A stretch of DNA of 64,000 nucleotides. Origin: Ramazzottius varieornatus (taxonomy: Eukaryota > Animalia > Tardigrada). Position 1 is the first letter of the stretch. Each line of letters starts with the position of its first letter. The translations under genes and the position numbers were made by a program. Below the pieces are notes generated by a model, which was not told the origin of the DNA, did no database searches, and saw only the letters and a list, made by a program, of their open reading frames with translations. Of this stretch, positions 37,607-53,000 are shown one piece after another. The stretch spans positions 235,569 through 299,568 of the forward strand of contig BDGG01000022.1 of the NCBI GenBank assembly GCA_001949185.1, read 5' to 3'.

Positions 37607-40600
37607 ATGAACCGGAAGGGGACATCGTCACGCCACAGTCAAACTTCATCTGCCGCTGCTTCCAAATATTCCAAGCTCTCGGTAAGCACGATGTACTTTC
37701 GCCAATCACCAGACCTCGCTACGATACTGTGATCACAATTCGTCTACGACTTTGTGTGCTAATGCAGCAAAGTGACGAAGAGGAAGAGGAGGATGAAACA
37801 GATTCGGATGGCGGCAGCCAAGACAGCTCAAGCCAACAGGCACTGCACAGCGCACCACCTTCCCTTCCTTCTTCCGCCTCTTCACACCAGTCCTCTTCCA
37901 AAGCATCTTTCAGACTTAGCTCCTCATCTCAGATTAGTATCGTTATCCATACTGAGCCTATTCCCGACGAAGAGGACCATGCGGCAGCACCTGAGCTTCA
38001 CTCGACGTCACAGCTGGCCTTGCTAGATGGACCAGCAAAGGGGCAAGAAGACCAGGCCGAAGTAGCCGAATCAATAGCAGCAACAGCCAGCGGCCCCATC
38101 CCCAACATTAACGACCCTTCCATGTTAACCTACTTCCTGGATCACAAGCGGCCCATTGGTAGGTAAGTAAGCCCTCAGATCCCATTCCTCCCTTCCTTTC
38201 ACCGATTCCTAGTATAAGTTTGTGCTAAAACAAAGCCATCGGACATGATACACCTCGCCGTTGTTTCTGCAGATTACGCTCTGGTTTATGAAGTTAGCAA
38301 GCAGGATAAGGCTAGCGGCGCGGAAACGGACGGTCAGAGACGTAATCATTTTATCCAAGAAATGGAAATGCTCGGCATCAACGTCGAGGAGGTACGTATT
38401 GCCAACGAAATCTGCCTTTCGGACCTCATTCAGAAACTGGAACTTTGCTACAGAGTGAAGCCAGTCAACGTTCAGGGCACATCACCCACTTTGTAAAGCT
38501 ACATTTGCCATGGGATACCATCAAAGACTGGGCCGAAAAGTTACACATGCGAGTACCACTGCAGGTTTGTCTAACAGCAGCTTGTTCCTGATCTGTCCAG
38601 CTGATAGTACTGTATGTTTGTTGCAGGAAGCACCGGGGGAAATGACCAACTGGTCGCAAAAGGCCCTCGAGATCCTCCATCTACCCAACCACAACGCATT
38701 CCGCCAAGAGGTCCCTGCTACCCCGCCGCATTATTACACCGCCCAGTTCCGTGCTGATCGACTGCAATTGTCAGTCTACGTAGCCTCTATCCTACCACAT
38801 TCCACAATCAACGAAATGCCCTACATATTCACCATACTTATCTGCTCTTCTCTCCATGCGTAGCTATGTTTTCAACCAAGAACCCGAGCGGCTCTTCACT
38901 CGCCCACAACGCAGCTACATCATCCACGAAATGCTCCAGTCTGTCCGCTATGGCGACGAAAATCGCGGCGAAGTCGGTCTGGAGCGGCTAGTCAACGAAG
39001 GCATTGTTCGTGCTGCATTCCCACTCCACGATGTAGGTATTATACTTGTACCTACTAGTATCTACATCTACCTGCCGATTCAGAGTTATCCTGTTCAATT
39101 AAGTTTCTTGTTCAAGACTCTTGTTCAAGTAGGGTCCCTTACTGGAAGAGCTTTCTTCCAAAGCGCTCAAGAAAGACAGCAAGGAACAAGCGCTCCATCA
39201 ACGGCAGATTCTCCGAACATACTGGGCATCCTTCAGCAAAGTACTGCGCTACCAACCCATGGAGCATATTCGTGGCTATTACGGCGAACAAGTGGCTCTC
39301 TACTTTTCCTGGCTAGGTTCGACCTCGAAGGTCTTGCTTGACGAAGCCGATCGCCTGACCGTTGCTCCTTGTACGTAGGTCTGTACAACGCCTGGCTGGT
39401 CCCGCTGTCCCTCATCGGCATTCTAGCCTTCCTGTATGGCTACCTGACCATCTCAGACGACCCGGTGGTGAAGGACATTTGCCAGCATGGCCACCAGCTT
39501 ACTATGTGTCCCGTCTGTGATCACTGCCCCTATTGGCGCCTTTCTCAAGCCTGTTCAGCCAAACGTCTCGGCTATGTTTTTGATAACCCAGGAACCTGTC
39601 TCAGTGCCTTTCTCCTCTCCCTCTGGGGTAACCGAAAGTGCGCATTACCATCTTCCCTATATCAACTACTGTAATACTTCTTAAATTTTGCGAATTTGCG
39701 TCACGGTAAGCGTGTGCTGTATGCATCGATCATCATACCTGTAACTTCACGCGTCCTGTGACGTCACTTCTTCGCAAAGTTCAAGAAGCATTACCGTATA
39801 AGTTAACACCAACAATGTCAACAGCATTGTTGCAGCCGTGCTGTTTGTCGAGTTGTGGAAGCGAAAGAACGCCGAACTGACCCACTACTTTGACTGCGAC
39901 GAGTACAACGACGAGGAAGAACACCCACGAGCCGACTTTAGCCGGAATGCTCCCAAGATGCGCCGCAATGTGGTCACCGGCCAGTTGGAACCATACTTTC
40001 CCCCCGCGGCACTCTTACTGCGACGTGTGGTCAGTTGGGTCGCCAGCATATCCTTCGTGAGTCGACAAACTGTTTGTCCCCCTCTCCTTGTATTCACCTA
40101 GCTCGTGTTGACTACATAACATACACAACGACCGTCTGATGACTACAGCTGCTGATTATATTCCTGGTGACGTTTGGGGTTATCCTCCTGCGGACCAGCA
40201 TTTCGGCGGAGTTAACCAAGAACTACGGTATGGAGAGCCCGCACCGCAAGCTGGCCAACATTGTGGCGGCTACCGTTACCCTGGCTTGCCTGCTGGTCCT
40301 CAACCGCTTCTACGTCGCCATTGCTCAACGCTTAACAGCCTGGGGTAGGTCGAGTCATCAAGTTTCCACAATGCATACCACAATGTCCTTTTATACTGCT
40401 GCCTACAGAGATGCACCGCAGTGAGCGGGAGCACGAAGACAGCCTGGCATGGAAAGCCTACTGGTTTCAGTTTGTCAACTCGTTCAGCCCGGTCTTTTAC
40501 ATCGCCTTTATCAAAGGACGCTTCTTGGGCTATCCCGGTCATCGACGAAAGGTGGCCGGCATGATGCTAGAGTCCTGCGATATAGGTGGCTGCTTTGCCG

Positions 40601-41993
40601 AACTGGGCTTCCAGCTGATTGTTCTCATGTGTGGCAAACAAATCTTCTCCAATGCTCTCGAGTTTCTCTTACCGTACGTACCGATAATTCCATCATCATT
40701 ACAAGTTTAGGCTATCACAGCGTTGACTTTCTCAACAGTGTAATGATAAATGCCCTGCGACATCGACAGCGTCGCTTGAAATCCACCACCACCCTCGACG
40801 TTATCTTCCTCGATCAACAATACAAATTGGCCCCCTTCAACGGCCTGACGGAAGAGTACATGAAAATGGGTAACCGTAACCTAACAATGCCGATATCTGC
40901 AACCACCAGACAAGTGTCAAGTAATCCCCTATGTAATGACAGTAATGACAGTAATGACTGCTTTGCAGTGATACAATATGGCTTTATCGTACTCTTTGGA
41001 GCTTCATTTCCGCTAGCACCCGTCTTCTCCTTGCTCAACAATATCCTGGAACTGCGGTTGGATGCGCGGAAGTTGGTCCTTCAGTCGCGAAGACCACTAG
41101 CCCGTCGCGCCCAGTCCATTGGTATATGGTACCTTGTCCTCAAATGGATCGCCATGCTGTCGGTAAGCCATCGTTTAAAAATACCGCCACACCAATCTCG
41201 CAATATTCTCCCTCCCTTACAGGTGTGGGTCAATGTAAGTACCACAATATGCCCCATATGCCTCTACCCGTTTCAAATAACCAAGAACAGCAAGACCTTT
41301 CTTACTCTCGAGCAGGGTTTCCTGATTGCCTACACGTCAGAAAGCCTGACACAGTTGCTGTACGCCATGCAGAACGGAGGCTCGACCGTCGGATATATGA
41401 ACCATTCGCTCTCCCACGCCCCCATCGAGAGCACTTCCCATTCCTGTCGGTAAGCAAATAATAGACACTTCCATTCAATCCAGCCAATGAGCAAGCCTAT
41501 TGTAACATTACAGCTATGAAGACTTTCGCACCGTTAAAGGCATCCGCAGCAAGTTCTACTATGAGCTGGCGGTCTTTCGTCTGGCCTTTGTCCTGCTGTA
41601 CGTGGTGAGTCCCCTTTCCAGAACCTGCCTGCCCCCCAATGCCTCTGCTGATGTTGTGTGTTCTGTACATGCTGTCAGGGCATCACCTACGCCATCAGTA
41701 CGCTGATTACCAGTTTGATTCCTGACACGCCACAACATGTAGCAGACGCCAAGAAGCGTCGACTCTTCCTGGCCAACCAAGCTCTACAAAGTACACCAGC
41801 AGCGGCTAACGAAGCGTACGCCAAAGTCCGTACCTCCACCCAAGTTAACCCTCTAGCCCGCGCCAGACTTGCCAAGGTTGGCACTCCATCGCGCAAACCA
41901 GCCAGCGCGCCCCTCGCTAATAATGATCTACCCCAGACACCAAAGCAACCATCGAAACCTGACAACACCATCCTCCGCACTCATAGTATTTAA
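37607..41993 (+). CDS. Anoctamin / TMEM16 family channel-scramblase
   Basis: DYALVY, AFPLHD, QPMEHIRGYYGEQVALYFSWLG, MCPVCDHC, FDNPGT, LFVELWKR, FQFVNSFSPVFYIAFIKGRF, GGCFAELGFQL, SFPLAPVFSLLNNILELRLDARK and IGIW. Many short introns; start exon is less certain. Confidence 0.93.
39669..39796. mobile_element. TA-flanked MITE in an anoctamin intron
   Basis: TIRs ctgtaatacttcttaaattttgcgaa / ttcgcaaagttcaagaagcattaccg; TA flanks. Confidence 0.75.
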
Positions 41994-42367
41994 GCATCCA
42001 CAAACTCTAAAGACCCCACATCCCTAAACTCTGAACAACCACACTTTGGGTGGAACGACGCCTGAGATCACCAGTATCCAAAGGGATCGCTTACCCGCTG
42101 TGCAACGGACAATGGACACACCAATCATGAAATATGGAGCAACCACCTAAAAGGAGGGGGAGGCGAGTAGGCAACAGCCCGAAGCTCACCAGACTAAAGG
42201 TACTAACAAGACTTCTTTCCTTCGTGGCTACTCTTGCTATCCCCATGGCCATCCCACTTCATTCCGCTTGACACTGAGAGATGGAAGGGCGTACCTGCGG
42301 GAGCGAAAAGGTCCATTGCCATCCATGACTATCTTCGGTGTGAAAGACGTTGGGTGCTTGACATCCC

Positions 42368-43658
42368 TCATCTTCTGGCGCTGTTGTATGTTTGCGTGCT
42401 TTGGTTGAAGGGATTTTCCGGTGACTTTTGCCATTCCTTCTTCAGCATCTGCTTCAACTGGGACAGACGAAAGTTGGGATATTCCTCCCTGCAAAAGAGT
42501 GTAGTGACGCCAGTGCGGAAAGAACCGATTCTTTCGGCACAGTCTAGATGCTATGGCCAAAGATGCTATACAAGGCTCATCGAGAAAAATAAAGAAAAAG
42601 ATGTATATTGTTTTTTGGCGAATGATAGATCTACACAACCAAACCGACTTGAGCCGTGGGAGCTCCCGCTCTTCAAAGACGATGTATGCTCCGCGTACAC
42701 GCTTCTCCGGATGCTTGTCACCACCGTCTTCGTCCTTTGTACTACAAACAACAGTACTGTATGTTATATTATCGTCAAGACTTGCGTGTGGAGATTCGTC
42801 CTTCGCACGGAATCACTTCCGGCTGCTAACCATCGGCTCGATCGCCAGACACAATACTCAAATTCCGTACCTCAACGCCGCCAAAGCTTCATCAACACTG
42901 CGCGCAGCTCCTTCTTCAGCAACCAACCGATTGACGTTTTCGTGCAGCGGAGCATCTTCGTCCAACTCAAAGGGTGGCTTCGTACCAGCATTCTCTTCTT
43001 TGGTCCTCACAGCTGCAGCTATAATAACAACGAGAAAACTGAAAGTTCATCCGCTTTTCCGTAGCTAAAAATAACCATGTCTTCAGCTGTTAGACACCAA
43101 TCTTTGCTAGTCTTTCCCGTTCCAAAGTAGCATCAATATGTGCTCGGGTAACTTTGGCAGGTGCTGCATTCTTGGCCCCTTTGATACTGTTCATCTCTTC
43201 CTCCAGCAATTTGTCTCGCTCCAGCTTCTTTTGCATCGCTTCTTGCTGCTTCTTCTCCTTCTCTTCCTAGAACAAGGAACCAAATAAACACCAGTGTTTT
43301 ACTGGAGATGTCTGTAAGGACAGACTGGACAGTTTATGACTAAAAAATTCACCATGGAAATAAACGATTAAGCTTGGGCTCTGCACTGGAACAATCTTGC
43401 ACCAACTGTTTGTCGATACCTCACATCTCTTGCCATGAAACGAGAACAAGTAAACAAAGGGTATGCTATTATGTATCAAAGAAAAGAAACGTAACCAACC
43501 TGTCGTTCTAGCTTCTTGAGAATATGCTTGTCGTTGTCTTCCCATAATTTGTCCTCGGCCATCTTCTCCTTGCGTAAACGCTCATCCTCGGCCACTTTCC
43601 CCTTGCGGGCTCGCGCTTCTGCCGCTTTGGAGTTCTCTCCTTGAAACTTCTTTGGCAT
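42368..43658 (-). CDS. CCDC124: Coiled-coil domain protein 124 (Lso2/CCDC124)
   Basis: MPKKFQGENSKAAEARARK, ENVNR, DKHPEKRVRGAY and PRLK|EEYPNFRLSQLKQMLKKEWQKSPENPFN; five exons with compatible phases. Confidence 0.95.
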
Positions 43659-43659
43659 C

Positions 43660-44760
43660 GTCGTCGTTGAACTGGTGATCTAAACAACGTGAACAAGACT
43701 CCAGAACGAAATAGTCTACGAGACAACGACAGAGCACTGTACTGCTGCTAAACCGCGCGTCTGCCGAAGCATGGTAAGCCAGAACGCGGAAAATAAAAAT
43801 GGTAGGTCATCAAACTACCGGACCTGGGACCCGTACACAGGAAAACTCGGCATCGAATCCCGGTAAAACTGCTTTTTCAGATCTCGAGCCAAGTGGTGCA
43901 GTCAATCAACCGAAACATCGCAATGTTTCTCTTCGTATCCAAGCCGTAGCAGCGGTTGATTGATCAAGTTGATCGGTTGATTTTAATTGTCAAGCAACCT
44001 GATCAATCAGCCGTGAAAGTTAGTGTTCAGATTCGGCCAATCGTATCCGCGGACACCGCCACGCCTCGTCGGACAGATTCTATGTCACTGCGAGTCTCGT
44101 GACTTTTGCCCAATCGTCTTGTATCAGTTGTATGAATTCAGTTATTCAGCTCGACGGTGGTTTGCGTTATGCGAAACTTCATCCGATTAGAAGATGCCCG
44201 TGGTCGTTATTTATACGTCGGAGAATTAACATAACATGTCGGGATAAGATTTCCGCGTAGAATGGGGCATTACTATTACGTCATGTGGGGCGGATATGGC
44301 ATAGGATAAGATCTGCACTTCACGTCGCCCAAGCTTCTATTGGCCAGACCTTGCCGTAAGCCCGGGACCAAAATTCCGAAAGTGACCTAGAATGGCGTAT
44401 AGTCCCCGTACACGCGCCTGGCCTAATTACCGGCCTGGACAAAATTTCCGGCCAACGGCCNNNNNNNNNNNNNNNNNNNNNNNNNNNNNNNNNNNNNNNN
44501 NNNNNNNNNNGAAATTTTGTCCGGGCCGGTAATTAGGCCAGGCGCGTGTACCGTGCGGGAAAGTACCACGGCCACCACCAATCAACCCGTGCTCCGTTTG
44601 ATTGACTCGATCCATCCAGCAGGGCGAAGTTGTTTGCAAATCGCAGCTTGCAATGCTGAAGTCAAGTGACTCAAGTTACAAGCTGCTTTTCTTTCCCCCG
44701 TTCCAGCTGTTTCTCTTCCGGTGTGGGTTCCTGTTACTTGTCGTTGTTTGTAGATTCAGT
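43660..44760. promoter_or_regulatory. Probable bidirectional promoter of CCDC124 and enolase
   Basis: Head-to-head genes; CCAAT boxes, ACGTCA/CACGTC motifs and a repeated TCAATCAACCG-like motif. Confidence 0.55.
44411..44548. mobile_element. TA-flanked MITE spanning an N gap, upstream of enolase
   Basis: 38-bp TIRs cacgcgcctggcctaattaccggcc(t/c)ggacaaaatttc with 1 mismatch; TA flanks; true length unknown because of the gap at 44461-44510. Confidence 0.85.
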
Positions 44761-44776
44761 ACAAGCGGAAAGGAAG

Positions 44777-46356
<1,580 letters not shown>

Positions 46357-46881
46357 ACCTCTTTATATCTTAGCAGGAGTTGCTAACGTGACTTTGATGT
46401 TTTATTGTGTCTCAATACGAATTGTCTTATCGTTTCTGTTCTTGTGAAGGGTTATTTTATGCGAATGACTCGACAATGGGGTTCGTTCGCAATAATGTAT
46501 GCTTTTGCCAGATCTTACGTGCAAGATAGTCTACGTTTTGCGTTGTCGAACTATACTTTTCTGCGGAAAACTCGGAGATATAGAAAGAACGGGCTTTAAC
46601 AAAAAGAAACGTTGAACAAGAGCAGGAGAGGAAAGAGGACAGACTCGGTCACTGGGGTCCCATTTAGACTTGCTGGAAATTCTCAGGTTTTGGCGAATTT
46701 GGCGAACGAAGGAACAGGTGTCGAGCGCAGGTGTGCAGTGAGCATCAGAACATGACGACACGCACCTGAAATCACGCACCTAAACAAAAACAGTTCCGTC
46801 ACCGTTTGACTTGATTGAATTCACTCCAACGCTGAACAACTACAAGACTGCTTGGTTGACGAAAATTTGCACTGCGTGCAT

Positions 46882-47312
46882 TAGAGCACTGGGCCGCAGG
46901 TCCAAAAGTACCCTGTAACTGTGCTGCGCACATTACCAGGGCGCTGTACGCTGCGCTGTGCTGCACAACTTTCATGCCCAGTGGCTAAGCAGCTGTGCTA
47001 CAGATGCACGTTGACCTGGTGCAATTGCGCGGAACGCCGATGTATTGACGTGGTTTGTAAATCAGTCGGCGAAATCGATAGTCAACCTGGAGAACGTTGT
47101 CATAAAGTACGGCAAAGCTGAGGCGGCTGACGTTCGAATGCCCAAAAACTGTAGTTTTTGTTAGGTTTCGGTAGGTGCATCTGCACGGTAGTCTATGGCT
47201 TTCTGCTGTATGCTGTGCTATGCCGCACAAATTTCGTCAGTTCACGCGCTGCGGCTGTGCTGCAGCACAGCACAGCTACAGTGCAGCGCATGCGGCCAGA
47301 TTCCGTGCTCTA
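46882..47312. mobile_element. hAT-type MITE, 431 bp
   Basis: TIRs tagagcac...ggccgca / tgcggcc...gtgctcta; perfect 8-bp TSD gcgtgcat; internal gctgtgctgc repeats. Confidence 0.9.
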
Positions 47313-47490
47313 GCGTGCATTCAGCTGGTAAAGAGGCTGAAGAAAGCAGTTGAATTTAGCCAATCGTAGATTTATTCAGGAAATGGAGAATTTCCAGTAA
47401 CTCTAGTCCCATTTTCTGCTTCTCCGTCTCGCGTTGTTTGCCTGCCGAATGCCGATATCGGGAGCTTGATTGGACGAGTGTCAAACAGTA

Positions 47491-47695
47491 CTGTATTCCC
47501 TCGATAGTTCTGCGAATTACGTCAGCATGCCAGTAAATTACACCCGCACTGGTATCGCTGATTGTTTGATTGTCGCCCATCATTACACTTGATTGGGGAG
47601 CAGTCTTTGATTGAACGTATAGATACTTTCTGTTCCCCGCCGGATTATATTTACCACAACCGTCACGTGATCCGCAGAACTTTCGAGGGAAATAG
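47491..47695. mobile_element. MITE family A copy 2
   Basis: Colinear with and highly similar to 1593-1798; TA on both flanks. Confidence 0.88.
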
Positions 47696-48554
47696 TACAC
47701 GCACGACGAGATATTACGGGTCAGCAAAAATTACGGACCAGGCCTTTTCGCTACGGCGGTATGGGCAGGTGATTCTTGCTTCAAGTGAAAACCACATCGA
47801 ATGCTGCACTGCTGTACGTGTGTACTGAATATTGGGCCGAGGAGCTAAAGCTTGTTAAATTACTGTTATAGCAGTCAGATCTTCATTATATCTTCAACAG
47901 TTCAAATTATTTCAAGGCTTCTCCGGCCTCCGGGAGAAAGTCGACAGCAGCATGGAGGCGTTAGAGTAGAACAGCTGACCAGCTGATGGCCACCGTCCAT
48001 GACAATTTTCTACGGTTGAATTTTACTACGTTACGTTCTTTGTGCGATTTCTGTTTCTGATTTCCATACAAATTGTAAATTTGCCGTCTTTTCGCCTGGC
48101 CCGTACTGTAGTATTTACTGGCCCGTAGTTACAGACATTAAGTTGCCACCGCCAGATGAAAGTCCCACTGTAGCTAAGATGAGTTGCAACGTCACTTATA
48201 AGCGCAGCAGCTGATCAGAACTTTGAACAGTTGGGCAGCCACCATACTTCCCAATGCTAGCCAACCGTAACTCCTATTACACTATTTTTCGAAAATGAGG
48301 GGAGCTCCGGAAAGCAAGTGTAGTTACACGTCACGAAAGGGGCGGAGCAAGGCCGTCGCTGCAGTTGCAAAGTGAACTGGTGTGGCACCTTAATGTTTAT
48401 AATCTCTCGTCGTGCGTGTACTCAAGAGGTTCATAGTCTACCAACTTTTACAGCCCGTCGTGAAGAGGACTATTCATTCCCCATTTCTCCGCAACTTAGT
48501 GCTCTGCTGGATATTCGGATACAGTAATCAGTGCTAGGCTCGAAAGAGCGAAGG

Positions 48555-49641
<1,087 letters not shown>

Positions 49642-50060
49642 AGACGTTCCCACTTTTTGCACATTCTCTCAAACGCTTCGCTACTTTCCCTACACAACAC
49701 TGTTCTTCTGAATCGTACTGTTCATACCGATATTACGAGGGCTTAGAGATTATTACTGAGGTTATTTTCTCGACTCATTCTGTCAACCACTATTTTATAC
49801 TGTTTACCGTAAAGAAAAATGACTCATCGTTCTCTACAAAAGTTCACTAGCTACCAAAATTAGATCACCACAAGAAAACAAGGAAACTCGATCGTGCAGG
49901 AAGAACACCAAAACTATAACGTGGTTATCAGGAGCAACAAAACCAGAAACGAGATTCTCCACAAAATAGTACATCTTTGGTATAATCACGGGCTAGAGAA
50001 ACTTCAACCTTCCTTCACCGAGAGTACGAACGCGAGAGTAGCAACGTCAACAAACAAATA

Positions 50061-53000
50061 CTACGACGGTAAAATAGGTGATAAGTTCTGTAGCTCGTCT
50101 TGGGTCAGCATTTCCTGGTTGTATGCCAGCATGGGTTTAATGGAATCGTGAAAGCGTTGGTAGTTTTTCTCCAGTTCCCGCTGATATTCCTTCTGGTCGG
50201 CTGCAATGAGTGTCTTGTTCTTTTTCAAGGCTTCCAGACACCGACGTGTAAACTCTTTGAAACAAAGGCGCAGTTTGTGCTGGAAGGGTGTCATTGGTTG
50301 ATCGTGGGGATGAGACAGGAAAACGGCGGCCACTTCCAATGGCCCTTGATTGACCGTGGTGCCGATCGAACCCTGCGAAGAATGTCTCACACGTTAAACA
50401 ATACTCTACAGTATTGCAGGTCGACCTGTTAAGGATTACCTGGAGGACCATCTGAAGCATCTTGGCGTCTGCAGGTTCAGCCTTGATCGCTGCATGGAGT
50501 TCTTCCGTCTTCTTCTGCATATCTTCAATGGCCAGTTCAATTGGCGATAAGACGATCGACTCTCTTGCCACAACTTGTATTCTAGTCTTGACGTACGGGA
50601 ACGCCTAGAAGAAAAGTAGACACAATTGGCCCCGGTTGTCCAAACCAACTTTCAACGTTGTCCTCGATCAGTAACGCAAATAACCGTTCTATAAACAGAT
50701 CGGGCGCCACATCAACTCTATCCCGGATGAAATGACCTACGAAAGCGTTCGGCGCACAGCAAAAGTAATGCAGGCGTTCAGAAAACAGTAATAATAGGAA
50801 CATTTCCGAAAGAATTATGAGATCGCCACTGTCAGCAAGCGAGCAATTCATTACGTACATTCGCGGTTGTGAGGATGGTCTTTCTCTTATACTGCTCATG
50901 GAGCTCCCCATGCGATCTTCCATCCATGGTGAAGGGCGTGGAGTAGACAAACCGTCTGAGGTTGTAGTTTTTTTGAAAGAAGGTCTGTCTGTGCCGTAGT
51001 TCCCATCTGTCAAAATACGGCTCGACGAAGGTGATCTGAATGTAGCACTTGTCGGGATGAAGGGATTCCTTCTTGATGACATTGGAATCTTTTACCATCT
51101 CTAGATATTGCACACCAAACTTCTCAGCGTAGAAAGCCTGAAATCGAAAGAAGACTGAGCATTATCCAGTTTCGAGTTCAGATTCTATCAAGGTTAACTT
51201 GCGGGGGTCGCCAAGGAAGGCATGCCCACTTTAGTCCACCTGCAGTACTGCCTATATTGAGCCTCTTCAGTATCTTCACTGACGATGCCAGTAGAGTATG
51301 CAGGTTCTTGCCCTTCACACACCCGCCGACAGTATACAGTACGCGTACACTAAATTTACTCGCACAGCATACAACTGCGTTCCTGGAAGGCTGCACGGTC
51401 TTCCTTCCATTTGGATCTTTCCCGGTTTCCATCTAGAATTACGGTATTGTAGTCGGTATTCCCAACTGGAAACCGGAAAAAAGCCCAAATGGAAGATTCT
51501 TCAGGGATGCATCTTGAGCACTATACAATGCGCGCAGCAGAACGGGAAGCAAGTGCGTGAAAAACCGGCACGTTATGATGTCAGCAGCACTTCACAGCGA
51601 CTGATACATATTACAAAATCTGACACAACGAGCCAACCTCAAGGCGGTGGGAGATTTCAGGTAGCATAGTGATGACAGGTTCCTTGTAGACAAACTCTTC
51701 GCCATCCAAGTCACCAAACTTGGCTCCGTAGAATCCTACGCGGAAGAAGGTCCCGAAAACGCGTTTACCGCTCATCCGATCGATTTTTAAGAAGGCTTCG
51801 TGCAGTCGTTTGTAGATGGCAGCTAGCTGTACGTAGTCGTGGTGAACTTCCACAGCTGGTATCACGATCTAAAACAGCCCATTTCTCAAACACATTCTCG
51901 AAAGGTAAAGGATGAAGATGAACTACCTTGTAGACTTCGTTAACGGCCTCATACATTCCAGCACATTCGAAAGCGTCCACAGCTTGGTCCAACAGCGCTA
52001 AAAGCCCCGACTCGGTGAATGTTTTTCCCGTGCAGATACCTTCCTCGTTGGGCGACATGACATCATCGGAGATGGCACTTTCCTCCAGAATGTTACTGGA
52101 GATCTTGTCGAAAGTCACACAGCCCGTCGGCAGATATTTCTGGACAAAGAATGCCACTATCACTGCAGCCGACTTTTCCATCAAACCAAGCAAATAAGAT
52201 GGTCAATCACTTTCCAGAAATTTGCAAGAGCATCTCACTGGACTCGTAGGTATTACCTTGTCTTCCAACAGGTGCAGATATTCCGACACCAACGCAGCCG
52301 AATGAATGCGGCACTGGGCTGTTTCCGCGTACAAACCTCGCTCTGAAAAGCCATGACACAAAAAAACATTTTAAAACTTGAACTAATTATTCTTTTGTTT
52401 AAATTTTGCCATAAGATGATACCTGATAGTTTCTGGGCCATGTTAGCCAGCCACGTTAGTCTCAAATCCGGCGAGTTCTTGTATCCCTTCGCGATGCGGT
52501 ACATGAGGTCCATCAGCATTTCCGGGTCTTCCTGGTAGGCCTTCATTTTGACAGTATCACTGAGGATCATATGGAGGTTGAAAACGAGATCGCGCACCTA
52601 TTCAACATGCAAAATAATGTCGACCTCCTTCTCGACTAGTCCGGAACCATTCAACCTGCGCTATCATTTTCATTTTCCACTTTACATCAGATCCTCCTCG
52701 GATGACAAATCAAAGCCCAAAGACAAATAAACCAACGCTTCGATTTCTCTCCATCCGAGCTACAGCCGACAGATGCTACTGTTTGTTTAACCAAAGACAA
52801 GAAAAACAAACGCACAAGAAACATGGCGGACTTGATGGATCATTCACTACCCATCGGTCATGTCATATCATATTACACATCACCTAACGTCCACAAAGCC
52901 TAACGGTCCCACACCTTTCTGGCGATGTCATCATCTTATATTGCACTCAGCTAATGCGAAATTTATGCCTGGATGTGAAATTTTAGGAAGTGTGCGTGCC

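Noticed and set aside
42234-43068. 276-aa and 171-aa plus-strand ORFs
   Set aside because: They are antisense shadows of CCDC124 exons and introns, with no recognisable motifs.
43770-43865. tRNA- or SINE-like B-box (ggcatcgaatcccgg)
   Set aside because: No cloverleaf or convincing A-box.
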